This document shows positions 43,301 through 57,147 of a DNA stretch of 64,000 bases, piece by piece. The position numbers were made by a program, and so were the translations under genes. The notes under the pieces are model-generated. The model was not told where the DNA came from and ran no database searches. It saw only the letters and a program-made list of their open reading frames with translations. The DNA is from Eledone cirrhosa (Eukaryota). The stretch covers positions 95,914,001 to 95,978,000 of the forward strand of contig OZ024740.1 of NCBI GenBank assembly GCA_964016885.1, given 5' to 3'. Each line of letters begins with the position of its first letter. The stretch's first letter is position 1.

Positions 43301-46300
43301 ACTTTTGTATGACTGACGCTTAAACAATTAAGTTAAAAATGTACATCCATATATGTATACTGAAATACTAGTATGCATATGAATACACACACGTATACAT
43401 ATGTAGATGTACCAAGTATTTCACTGGTTACTTTACTGTGAGTATCCAGCTATTCTGTATGTAAATACACAGACAAACCGGTTTTTAGAGTCATACTGGT
43501 TTTTGAGGAAACACCTTTCCTCTATTCTCTAGAAAGCCAGACAAGGAATATTGAACTAGTTTCGTTGTTGTTACAACTCATCAGCAATATTTACCTATCT
43601 ACCGGCCTTTCTGGAGAATCGTAAAAGCACATATCGTTATATGCTTTTTCTATGAAAATTAGTAGTGGGCAGACTAATTTGCATAGAGTGTGAGTACGTA
43701 CCGGTTCAACGGAGACGATAAAAACAAATAACGAAACGAAATTAAATTTCGTTTCGTTTGTAACTCACTTTTGTATGACTGACGCTTAAACAATTAAGTT
43801 AAAAATGTACATCCATATATGTATACTGAAATACTAGTATGCATATGAATACACACACGTATACATATGTAGATGTACCAAGTCTTTCACTGGTTACTTT
43901 ACTGTGAGTATCCAGCTATTCTGTATGTAAACACACAGGCAAACCGGTTTTTAGAGTCATACTGGTTTTTGAGGAAACACCTTTCCTCTATTCTCCAGAA
44001 AGCCAGGCAAGGAATATTGAACTAGTTTCGTTGTTGTTACAACTCATCAGCAATATTTACCTATCTACCGGCCTTTCTGGAGAATCGTAAAAGCACATAT
44101 CGTTATATGCTTTTTCTATGAAAATTAGTAGTGGGCAGACTAATTTGCATAGAGTGTGAGTATGTACCGGTTCAACGGAGACGATAAAAACAAATAACGA
44201 AACGAAATTAAATTTCGTTCTGTTTGTAACTCACTTTTGTATGACTGACGCTTAAACAATTAAGTTAAAAATGTACATCCATATATGTATACTGAAATAC
44301 TAGTATGCATATGAATACACACACGTATACATATGTAGATGTACCAAGTATTTCACTGGTTACTTTACTGTGAGTATCCAGCTATTCTGTATGTAAATAC
44401 ACAGACAAACCGGTTTTTAGAGTCATACTGGTTTTTGAGGAAACACCTTTCCTCTATTCTCCAGAAAGCCAGACAAGGAATATTGAACTAGTTTCGTTGT
44501 TGTTACAACTCATCAGCAATATTTACCTATCTACCGGCCTTTCTGGAGAATCGTAAAAGCACATATCGTTATATGCTTTTTCTATGAAAATTAGTAGTGG
44601 GCAGACTAATTTGCATAGAGTGTGAGTACGTACCGGTTCAACGGAGACGATAAAAACAAATAACGAAACGAAATTAATTTTCGTTTCGTTTGTAACTCAC
44701 TTTTGTATGACTGACGCTTAAACAATTAAGTTAAAAATGTACATCCATATATGTATACTGAAATACTAGTATGCATATGAATACACACATGTATACATAT
44801 GTAGATGTACCAAGTCTTTCACTGGTTACTTTACTGTGAGTATCCAGCTATTCTGTATGTAAACACACAGGCAAACCGGTTTTTAGAGTCATACTGGTTT
44901 TTGAGGAAACACCTTTCCTCTATTCTCCAGAAAGCCAGACAAAGAATATTGAACTAGTTTCGTTGTTGTTACAACTCATCAGCAATATTTACCTATCTAC
45001 CGGCCTTTCTGGAGAATCGTAAAAGCACATATCGTTATATGCTTTTTCTATGAAAATTAGTAGTGGGCAGACTAATTTGCATAGAGTGTGAGTACGTACC
45101 GGTTCAACGGAGACGATAAAAACAAATAACGAAACGAAATTAAATTTCGTTTCGTTTGTAACTCACTTTTGTATGACTGACGCTTAAACAATTAAGTTAA
45201 AAATGTACATCCATATATGTATACTGAAATACTAGTATGCATATGAATACACACACGTATACATATGTAGATGTACCAAGTCTTTCACTGGTTACTTTAC
45301 TGTGAGTATCCAGCTATTCTGTATGTAAACACACAGGCAAACCGGTTTTTAGAGTCATACTGGTTTTTGAGGAAACACCTTTCCTCTATTCTTCAGAAAG
45401 CCAGACAAGGAATATTGAACTAGTTTCGTTGTTGTTACAACTCATCAGCAATATTTACCTATCTACCGGCCTTTCTGGAGAATCGTAACAGCACATATCG
45501 TTATATGCTTTTTCTATGAAAATTAGTAGTGGGCAGACTAATTTGCATAGAGTGTGAGTACGTACCGGTTCAACGAAGACGATAAAAACAAATAACGAAA
45601 CGAAATTAAATTTCGTTTCGTTTGTAACTCACTTTTGTATGACTGACGCTTAAACAATTAAGTTAAAAATGTACATCCATATATGTATACTGAAATACTA
45701 GTATGCATATGAATACACACACGTATACATATGTAGATGTACCAAGTCTTTCACTGGTTACTTTACTGTGAGTATCCAGCTATTCTGTATGTAAACACAC
45801 AGACAAACCGGTTTTTAGAGTCATACTGGTTTTTGAGGAAACACATTTCCTCTATTCTCCAGAAAGCCAGACAAGGAATATTGAACTAGTTTCGTTGTTG
45901 TTACAACTCATCAGCAATATTTACCTATCTACCGGCCTTTCTGGAGAATCGTAAAAGCACATATCGTTATATGCTTTTTCTATGAAAATTAGTAGTGGGC
46001 AGACTAATTTGCATAGAGTGTGAGTATGTACCGGTTCAACGGAGACGATAAAAACAAATAACGAAACGAAATTAAATTTCGTTTCGTTTGTAACTCACTT
46101 TTGTATGACTGACGCTTAAACAATTAAGTTAAAAATGTACATCCATATATGTATACTGAAATACTAGTATGCATATGAATACACACACGTATACATATGT
46201 AGATGTACCAAGTATTTCACTGGTTACTTTACTGTGAGTATCCAGCTATTCTGTATGTAAATACACAGACAAACCGGTTTTTAGAGTCATACTGGTTTTT

Positions 46301-49300
46301 GAGGAAACACCTTTCCTCTATTCTCTAGAAAGCCAGACAAGGAATATTGAACTAGTTTCGTTGTTGTTACAACTCATCAGCAATATTTACCTATCTACCG
46401 GCCTTTCTGGAGAATCGTAAAAGCACATATCGTTATATGCTTTTTCTATGAAAATTAGTAGTGGGCAGACTAATTTGCATAGAGTGTGAGTACGTACCGG
46501 TTCAACGGAGACGATAAAAACAAATAACGAAACGAAATTAATTTTCGTTTCGTTTGTAACTCACTTTTGTATGACTGACGCTTAAACAATTAAGTTAAAA
46601 ATGTACATCCATATATGTATACTGAAATACTAGTATGCATATGAATACACACATGTATACATATGTAGATGTACCAAGTCTTTCACTGGTTACTTTACTG
46701 TGAGTATCCAGCTATTCTGTATGTAAACACACAGGCAAACCGGTTTTTAGAGTCATACTGGTTTTTGAGGAAACACCTTTCCTCTATTCTCTAGAAAGCC
46801 AGACAAGGAATATTGAACTAGTTTCGTTGTTGTTACAACTCATCAGCAATATTTACCTATCTACCGGCCTTTCTGGAGAATCGTAAAAGCACATATCGTT
46901 ATATGCTTTTTCTATGAAAATTAGTAGTGGGCAGACTAATTTGCATAGAGTGTGAGTATGTACCGGTTCAACGGAGACGATAAAAACAAATAACGAAACG
47001 AAATTAAATTTCGTTCTGTTTGTAACTCACTTTTGTATGACTGACGCTTAAACAATTAAGTTAAAAATGTACATCCATATATGTATACTGAAATACTAGT
47101 ATGCATATGAATACACACACGTATACATATGTAGATGTACCAAGTATTTCACTGGTTACTTTACTGTGAGTATCCAGCTATTCTGTATGTAAATACACAG
47201 ACAAACCGGTTTTTAGAGTCATACTGGTTTTTGAGGAAACACCTTTCCTCTATTCTCCAGAAAGCCAGACAAGGAATATTGAACTAGTTTCGTTGTTGTT
47301 ACAACTCATCAGCAATATTTACCTATCTACCGGCCTTTCTGGAGAATCGTAAAAGCACATATCGTTATATGCTTTTTCTATGAAAATTAGTAGTGGGCAG
47401 ACTAATTTGCATAGAGTGTGAGTACGTACCGGTTCAACGGAGACGATAAAAACAAATAACGAAACGAAATTAATTTTCGTTTCGTTTGTAACTCACTTTT
47501 GTATGACTGACGCTTAAACAATTAAGTTAAAAATGTACATCCATATATGTATACTGAAATACTAGTATGCATATGAATACACACATGTATACATATGTAG
47601 ATGTACCAAGTCTTTCACTGGTTACTTTACTGTGAGTATCCAGCTATTCTGTATGTAAACACACAGGCAAACCGGTTTTTAGAGTCATACTGGTTTTTGA
47701 GGAAACACCTTTCCTCTATTCTCCAGAAAGCCAGACAAAGAATATTGAACTAGTTTCGTTGTTGTTACAACTCATCAGCAATATTTACCTATCTACCGGC
47801 CTTTCTGGAGAATCGTAAAAGCACATATCGTTATATGCTTTTTCTATGAAAATTAGTAGTGGGCAGACTAATTTGCATAGAGTGTGAGTACGTACCGGTT
47901 CAACGGAGACGATAAAAACAAATAACGAAACGAAATTAAATTTCGTTTCGTTTGTAACTCACTTTTGTATGACTGACGCTTAAACAATTAAGTTAAAAAT
48001 GTACATCCATATATGTATACTGAAATACTAGTATGCATATGAATACACACACGTATACATATGTAGATGTACCAAGTCTTTCACTGGTTACTTTACTGTG
48101 AGTATCCAGCTATTCTGTATGTAAACACACAGGCAAACCGGTTTTTAGAGTCATACTGGTTTTTGAGGAAACACCTTTCCTCTATTCTCCAGAAAGCCAG
48201 ACAAGGAATATTGAACTAGTTTCGTTGTTGTTACAACTCATCAGCAATATTTACCTATCTACCGGCCTTTCTGGAGAATCGTAACAGCACATATCGTTAT
48301 ATGCTTTTTCTATGAAAATTAGTAGTGGGCAGACTAATTTGCATAGAGTGTGAGTACGTACCGGTTCAACGAAGACGATAAAAACAAATAACGAAACGAA
48401 ATTAAATTTCGTTTCGTTTGTAACTCACTTTTGTATGACTGACGCTTAAACAATTAAGTTAAAAATGTACATCCATATATGTATACTGAAATACTAGTAT
48501 GCATATGAATACACACACGTATACATATGTAGATGTACCAAGTCTTTCACTGGTTACTTTACTGTGAGTATCCAGCTATTCTGTATGTAAACACACAGAC
48601 AAACCGGTTTTTAGAGTCATACTGGTTTTTGAGGAAACACATTTCCTCTATTCTCCAGAAAGCCAGACAAGGAATATTGAACTAGTTTCGTTGTTGTTAC
48701 AACTCATCAGCAATATTTACCTATCTACCGGCCTTTCTGGAGAATCGTAAAAGCACATATCGTTATATGCTTTTTCTATGAAAATTAGTAGTGGGCAGAC
48801 TAATTTGCATAGAGTGTGAGTATGTACCGGTTCAACGGAGACGATAAAAACAAATAACGAAACGAAATTAAATTTCGTTCTGTTTGTAACTCACTTTTGT
48901 ATGACTGACGCTTAAACAATTAAGTTAAAAATGTACATCCATATATGTATACTGAAATACTAGTATGCATATGAATACACACACGTATACATATGTAGAT
49001 GTACCAAGTATTTCACTGGTTACTTTACTGTGAGTATCCAGCTATTCTGTATGTAAATACACAGACAAACCGGTTTTTAGAGTCATACTGGTTTTTGAGG
49101 AAACACCTTTCCTCTATTCTCTAGAAAGCCAGACAAGGAATATTGAACTAGTTTCGTTGTTGTTACAACTCATCAGCAATATTTACCTATCTACCGGCCT
49201 TTCTGGAGAATCGTAAAAGCACATATCGTTATATGCTTTTTCTATGAAAATTAGTAGTGGGCAGACTAATTTGCATAGAGTGTGAGTACGTACCGGTTCA

Positions 49301-51471
49301 ACGGAGACGATAAAAACAAATAACGAAACGAAATTAATTTTCGTTTCGTTTGTAACTCACTTTTGTATGACTGACGCTTAAACAATTAAGTTAAAAATGT
49401 ACATCCATATATGTATACTGAAATACTAGTATGCATATGAATACACACATGTATACATATGTAGATGTACCAAGTCTTTCACTGGTTACTTTACTGTGAG
49501 TATCCAGCTATTCTGTATGTAAACACACAGGCAAACCGGTTTTTAGAGTCATACTGGTTTTTGAGGAAACACCTTTCCTCTATTCTCCAGAAAGCCAGAC
49601 AAAGAATATTGAACTAGTTTCGTTGTTGTTACAACTCATCAGCAATATTTACCTATCTACCGGCCTTTCTGGAGAATCGTAAAAGCACATATCGTTATAT
49701 GCTTTTTCTATGAAAATTAGTAGTGGGCAGACTAATTTGCATAGAGTGTGAGTACGTACCGGTTCAACGGAGACGATAAAGACAAATAACGATACGAAAT
49801 TAAATTTCGTTTCGTTTGTAACTCACTTTTGTATGACTGACGCGTAAACAATTAAGTTAAAAATGTACATCCATATATGTATACTGAAATACTAGTATGC
49901 ATATGAATACACACACGTATACATATGTAGATGTACCAAGTCTTTCACTGGTTACTTTACTGTGAGTATCCAGCTATTCTGTATGTAAACACACAGACAA
50001 ACCGGTTTTTAGAGTCATACTGGTTTTTGAGGAAACACCTTTCCACTATTCTACAGAAAGCCAGACAAGGAATATTGAACTAGTTTCGTTGTTGTTACAA
50101 CTCATCAGCAATATTTACCTATCTACCGGCCTTTCTGGAGAATCGTAAAAGCACATATCGTTATATGCTTTTTCTATGAAAATTAGTAGTGGGCAGACTA
50201 ATTTGCATAGAGTGTGAGTACGTATCGGTTCAACGGAGACGATAAAAACAAATAACGAAACGAAATTAAATTTCGTTTCGTTTGTAACTCACTTTTGTAT
50301 GACTGACGCTTAAACAATTAAGTTAAAAATGTACATCCATATATGTATACTGAAATACTAGTATGCATATGAATACACACACGTATACATATGTAGATGT
50401 ACCAAGTCTTTCACTGGTTACTTTACTGTGAGTATCCAGCTATTCTGTATGTAAACACACAGACAAACCGGTTTTTAGAGTCATACTGGTTTTTGAGGAA
50501 ACACCTTTCCTCTATTCTCTAGAAAGCCAGACAAGGAATATTGAACTAGTTTCGTTGTTGTTACAACTCATCAGCAATATTTACCTATCTACCGGCCTTT
50601 CTGGAGAATCGTAAAAGCACATATCGTTATATGCTTTTTCTATGAAAATTAGTAGTGGGCAGACTAATTTGCATAGAGTGTGAGTACGTACCGGTTCAAC
50701 GGAGACGATAAAAACAAATAACGAAACGAAATTAAATTTCGTTTCGTTTGTAACTCACTTTTGTATGACTGACGCTTAAACAATTAAGTTAAAAATGTAC
50801 ATCCATATATGTATACTGAAATACTAGTATGCATATGAATACACACACGTATACATATGTAGATGTACCAAGTCTTTCACTGGTTACTTTACTGTGAGTA
50901 TCCAGCTATTCTGTATGTAAACACACAGGCAAACCGGTTTTTAGAGTCATACTGGTTTTTGAGGAAACACCTTTCCTCTATTCTCCAGAAAGCCAGACAA
51001 GGAATATTGAACTAGTTTCGTTGTTGTTACAACTCATCAGCAATATTTACCTATCTACCGGCCTTTCTGGAGAATCGTAACAGCACATATCGTTATATGC
51101 TTTTTCTATGAAAATTAGTAGTGGGCAGACTAATTTGCATAGAGTGTGAGTACGTACCGGTTCAACGAAGACGATAAAAACAAATAACGAAACGAAATTA
51201 AATTTCGTTTCGTTTGTAACTCACTTTTGTATGACTGACGCTTAAACAATTAAATTAAAAATGTACATCCATATATGTATACTGGAATACTAGTATGCAT
51301 ATGAATACACACACGTATAAATATGCAGATGTACCAAGTCTTTCACTGGTTACTTTACTGTGAGTATCCAGCTATTCTGTATGTAAACACACAGACAAAC
51401 CGGTTTTTAGAGTCATACTGGTTTTTGAGGAAACACCTTTCCTCTATTCTCCAGAAAGCCAGACAAGGAAT
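28346..51471 (-). repeat. Tandem array of a 466-bp hammerhead-containing unit (49 complete copies + 1 partial); retrozyme-like satellite
   Basis: Unit starts at 28346, 28810, 29276, 29741, 30207 ... 51176; only a few substitutions per unit; HHR on the minus strand of each full unit. Confidence 0.97.
28637..28681 (-). ncRNA. Minimal type I hammerhead ribozyme (first of 49 in the array, repeating every ~466 bp)
   Basis: Minus strand aatattg-CTGATGA-gttgt-aaca-acaac-GAAA-ctag-TT-caatatt: 7-bp stem I, 5-bp stem II, palindromic CUAG stem III, GUU cleavage triplet. Confidence 0.93.
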
Positions 51472-52309
51472 GTAGTACTCACACTCTATGCAAATTAGTC
51501 TGCCCACTAATAACTTTCATAGAAAAAGCATATAACGATATGTGCTTTTACGATTCTCCAGAAAGGCCGGTAGATAGGTAAATATTGCTGATGAGTTGTA
51601 ACAACAACGAAACTAGTTCAATACTCCTTGTCTGGCTTTCTGGAGAATAGAGGAAAGGTGTTTCCTCAAAAACCAGTATGACTCTAAAAACCGGTTTGTC
51701 TGTGTGTTTACATACAGAATAGCTGGATACTCACAGTAAAGTAACCAGTGAAAGACTTGGTACATCTACATATGTATACGTGTGTGTATTCATATGCATA
51801 CTAGTATTTCAGTATACATATATGGATGTACATTTTTAACTTAATTGTTTAAGCGTCAGTCATACAAATGTGAGTTACAAACGAAACGAAATTTAATATC
51901 GTTTCGTTATTTGTTTTCATCGTCTCCGTTGAACCGGTACGTACTCACACTCTATGCAAATTAGTCTGCCCACTACTTATTTTCATAGAAAAAGCATATA
52001 ACGATATGTGCTTTTACGATTCTCCAGAAAGGCCGGTAGATAGTTAAGTATTGCTGATGAGTTGTAACAACAACGAAACTAGTTCAATATTCCTTGTCTG
52101 GCTTTCTGGAGAATAGAGGAAAGGTGTTTCCTCAAAAACCAGTTTGACTCTAAAAACCGGTTTGTCTGTGTGTTTACATACAGAATAGCTGGATACTCAC
52201 AGTAAAGTAACCAGTGAAAGACTTGGTACATCTACATATGTATACGTGTGTGTATTCATATGCATACTAGTATTTCAGTATACATATGTAAATTTTTAAC
52301 TTAATTGTT
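51472..52309 (+). repeat. Inverted ~1.8 copies of the 466-bp unit with two plus-strand HHRs (51581-51625, ~52047-52091)
   Basis: Reverse complement of the unit; ctgatga at 51588 and 52054; ends in (TA)n. Confidence 0.95.
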
Positions 52310-52381
52310 ATATGTATATATAATATATATATATATATCATATATATATTTATATATATATATATATAATATATATCATAA

Positions 52382-53480
52382 TCTATAAAGCTCAGCGTGT
52401 GGTCATGCTCCTTTCTTATAGAAACTACAATATAGAATTTCTTCAATTGAAATTTACAATTCAGTTTTCCAAATAGTTACGATTGCGTCTTGGCACATCT
52501 CATTTTTTCAATTTCACCCACAATTATGCAATAAATAGATAAAACTCAATATTTTACAATTTTTCTCAATCATTTAAACTGCTAAACTCTTTCCACTACC
52601 ATTCAAAATCTATACAACTTCATACTTTCTGCTACTTTTTCTTTCCAAGCTTGATGGTGATACTGTCCGTATTACTCTGTCATATCATCTGCTCACCTCT
52701 ATCTACAACCCACACATTTTGCTACTTTCTCTTTCATACATTCAAATTATTACATTTCATACGAAACGACAATTATTCAAAAGCAACAGATACATTTATT
52801 CAACAACAAGCGATAAATCTTTTTTAAAACCTCTTTTCCAAACGTATACAAACACACACTCACTTCAATAACAACAACAACAATCTGCATTTTTATAGAT
52901 AATGATAAACAATAATATCCTCTATGAGGTCACTAAACCTGCTAGAAACAGCAGCTAACTCTCCCCCATACCATACCCCTCCCTACTGTCTTAAATTTAG
53001 AAAACATATCTTCTATGAGGTCACTAAACCTGCTAGAAACAGCAGCTAACTCTCCCCCATATCACACCACTCCCTACTGTCTTAAATTTAGAAAACACAT
53101 ATCCTCTATCAGGACACTAAACCTGCTAGAAACAACAGCTAACTCTCCCTCATATCTCAACCCTCCCTACTGTCTTAAATTTAAAAAAAAGCCACAGGAA
53201 ACCATGCAGAACAACTCCATCGCAGCTCTGTTGTTCGGCTGACATCGTCTACGCGCGGGTTCCGCAAGTATTGTAAAATAATAAATTTCAACACTTTTTG
53301 GCACAGAGATAATATTCATAGGCGAAACTACGATTGTCACTGCTGGCGCAGCTCCTGCTTCCAGGTGTGCAATTCATTCACCCAGTGCCTGGCAGACAAA
53401 AAGGTGCTGCCATAAAATGGGTGGTGCAACCTAACTTTGGTAATTTAATGACCCCGAGCAACGCCGGGCTTTAATGGTAG
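52382..53480 (+). mobile_element. Probable non-autonomous Helitron
   Basis: A|TC start (atctataaagctcag); subterminal GC hairpin cccgagcaacgccggg ~12 nt before a TAG|T end (gtag rather than ctag); internal minisatellite. Confidence 0.62.
52916..53182. repeat. Minisatellite, three copies of ~91 bp
   Basis: tctat(g/c)agg(t/a)cactaaacctgctagaaaca... at 52921, 53012 and 53105. Confidence 0.92.
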
Positions 53481-53529
53481 TATACATATAATATATATAT
53501 GTATATTATATATTATATAGGTATACATA

Positions 53530-53560
<31 letters not shown>

Positions 53561-53612
53561 TAATTTATATATATATATATGATATATATATATATATTTA
53601 TATATATATTAT

Positions 53613-53646
<34 letters not shown>

Positions 53647-53893
53647 TTTATATATAATATATATATATAATATACATATATACATATATAATATATATAT
53701 ATATAATATATATATATATAATATATATATACATATATAATATATATATAATATATATATAATGTATATATATATATATTATATATATATATATATAATA
53801 TATATATACATATATAATATATATATATATTATGTATATATACATATATAATATATATGATATATATATATATATATTTAATATATATATATA

Positions 53894-53928
<35 letters not shown>

Positions 53929-53931
53929 GCT

Positions 53932-53962
<31 letters not shown>

Positions 53963-53992
53963 ATATATATACATATACATTTATATATATAT

Positions 53993-56809
53993 ATGCCTTT
54001 TGCAGACCCACCATCACATTCACCCTCATGAAACGACAAGCTACAGACCCACACGCAACTGACCAACAAAATATAATCACACACAAAACTACATTTCCTT
54101 TTTTAGGGAAAAGCCTGAAATACCAGAATACTCGATGCCCCCCCCCCCCCCTCAGGAGAAACCAAAAATAATCAACCTCTCAAAGACACCTCTAACGAAC
54201 ACACAAATCAACATTTTAAGTAAGGGCCTGAAATTTACACCTCCACCACGTAAACCAAACTTCCCCGAAATGAAGGATGACATCATAGAATATTGCCGAA
54301 AGCTGCGACTAACGGAATTCTTCCACAACGACACCAACACTGAAGACGAATCACTGGTTAGATATAAAAGCAATTTCTGCCCCAAAAAGGGAAGAAATAA
54401 AGCACTGGACACGTACTGCGAACACATCACCAACTTTCCCTGTGAAAAAATTACAAATAAACAAACGAAATCAAACCTATCTACACACGAATGGTAAGAA
54501 TTATTCACACTTAGAAACAACCCTGAGATAACCATCAAAGAAGCCGATAAAGGCAGTACTGTTGTCATTATGAATGCGGACTACTATAGGACCCTCGCAC
54601 TTAACATTTTAGAAAACAACACATGCTATGAAAAAACAGAAAAATACAAACACACCAAAACAATGGGGAACCTTTTGACCTTACTGAATAAATACCGCAA
54701 CAGCTTAACCATAAAAGAGTTTAACTATATAAGCGACTTCAAATGCAATACAAGCTCTTTTTACGGCTTACCGAAACTCCACAAATGTAAACCCATAAAC
54801 GATGCATGTGACACCTCAACCAACAATTACATTGAACTAACACCACCAGAAGACCTAAAACTCAGGCCAATTATAGCAGGCCCTACATGTGAAACCCACA
54901 GACTTAGCAACTTTCTGGACATCCTACTGAAACCCTTTCTACAACATATACAGAGCTACATACGAGATGACCTTGAATGCTGAAACACCTCCCTAAAAAA
55001 GTAAGTGCAAATACAATTCTTGTCTCCTTTGACGTAATAAACCTCTACACAAACATACCCCACAACTATGGAATAACTGCAGTCCAATACTGCTTAACAC
55101 AAACCCATCAGAAATACCGACACGCATCAACAAAGATTATATCACTGACGGACTCCGCTTTATTCTACAAAATAACTACTTCACATTCAATGGTTCAACA
55201 TACAGACAAGTATCAGGTACTGCAATGGGCACGAAAGTAGCACCCACATATGCCAACCTAGTCATGGGATTCCATGAACAACAAATATACAGTCAGTCCC
55301 TTCTCTTATTTGGAGACTCTTTCCACACACACCCCAAAGCCAATTGGAAAATATATCTAGACGACTGCTTTATCCTATGGCAAGAGACATGAACTCACTT
55401 ACTATGTTTAAAAACATGATAAACAACATAGATAATAACATACAATTCACAATGGAATCCAATCCCAAGGAATTAGCCTTCTTGGATATTTTCATCTCTG
55501 TAATAGACGGGAAATTAGATACAGATATATTCTATAAACCCACAGATTCCAAGCAATACCTCTTTTTCATATCAAGTCACCCAAAACATACAAAACTTAA
55601 CATTCCTTACAATATGGCCAAACGTATATGTACCATAGTATCAGATCCACCTAAACGGGAGCAAAGACTAAAGGAACTAAAAGACACCCTTATCTTAAGT
55701 GCCTTTCCACTTGAAATAATCAACAATGGAATAGACAGGGCAAAACACCTAAATCCCCATCAACTTAACAATCCAAAACAGAAAACGACACTCAACACCC
55801 TGCCATATGTATCCACTTTCAACCCCAGAAATACCGAAATGTTTGATCACCTACACAAAAACCTCTCCATCCTACTTAAAGATGTAAAAATGAAGTCTAT
55901 TCTTGAAACACACAAGATCCTTAAAAGTAAAAGACAACCCAAATCACTTAAACGCATTCTCACTGGACCAAATATACCCAAACCAATCCTCAACCCTACA
56001 ATTACCAAATGTGGTAGAACAAACTATGGAACGTGCCTCTACCTCACCGAAGGACACAAATTTACATTTAAAGATGGCCAAACATTTACAGTAAAAAACA
56101 ATTTCACTTGCAACTCGGAGAACTTGATTTACGCAATAATTTGCGGTGGGTGCAAACACAACTACATAGGACAGACGGGCTCCTTATTACGCAAAATAAT
56201 GACCATCCACCGCCAACAAATCCGGGACGCTAACACAAGAAAAATCCCCTTGAGCAGCCATATTGCGAACTGCACAGGAATGACACTACCCAACTTTAAA
56301 ATCTTCCCCTTCTACAAGTGCTAAGATTCGTTCACACAGCAACAAAGAATAAACAAAGCAAATCTTTTCCTTAACAAATTTAAATCAAAACTAAACGGGT
56401 TATAACCCCAATAGAATTGTCATAAAATATAAACACACATACGCACGGAGTGACAGATATGTGTGTGTATGTGTGCATGTATATAATTATCACTACTATT
56501 AAAGACCAGAGACCAATTCTGTAGAATCAGGTTTATTCGTTGACAGACCATGCCTCTGTGTGACCAACACATCCATGTTAAACCCTGCACGTGCACACAC
56601 ATATATCTATATATATATATATGCGCACACATAATTCACCACTGTCGGTTGCGGGGACCAATTTACATGAAGAACTCAATGTGATCAGAATGACTTGTAT
56701 TTTAATTTCACTGTCCTAACTTCTTATATTATGGAAAAAATATGTGTATGTATGTATATATATATATATTTGGAGGCCATTTCTCTATGTGTGTGAGTGT
56801 ATGTATGTG

Positions 56810-56840
<31 letters not shown>

Positions 56841-57114
56841 ATGTATTGTGTGTGTATGTGTGTGTATGTATGTGTGTATCTGGATGTATGCGTATGTGTA
56901 TATATAAGTGTGTGTGTGTGTATATATATATATGTGTATGTGTATATATGTGTGTGTGTGTATGTATGTGTGTGTGGGTGTGTGTGTATGTGTGTATCTG
57001 GATGTATGTGTATGTATATATATATGTGTGTGTGTGTATATATATGGGTGTATATGTGTGTGTGTATGTGTGTATGTATATGTATGTGTGTGTGTATGTA
57101 TGTGTGTGTATATG

Positions 57115-57147
<33 letters not shown>

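Noticed and set aside
28637-51100. Near-invariance of the HHR across units as proof of selection
   Set aside because: Overall divergence is too low and variants spread by block duplication; two HHR-stem variants do occur (~29107, ~34705).
28346-51471. CRISPR array or coding repeat
   Set aside because: Whole units repeat with no unique spacers and there are no cas genes. The short ORFs at 33621, 34553 and 37348 arise only from sporadic variants of a non-coding unit.
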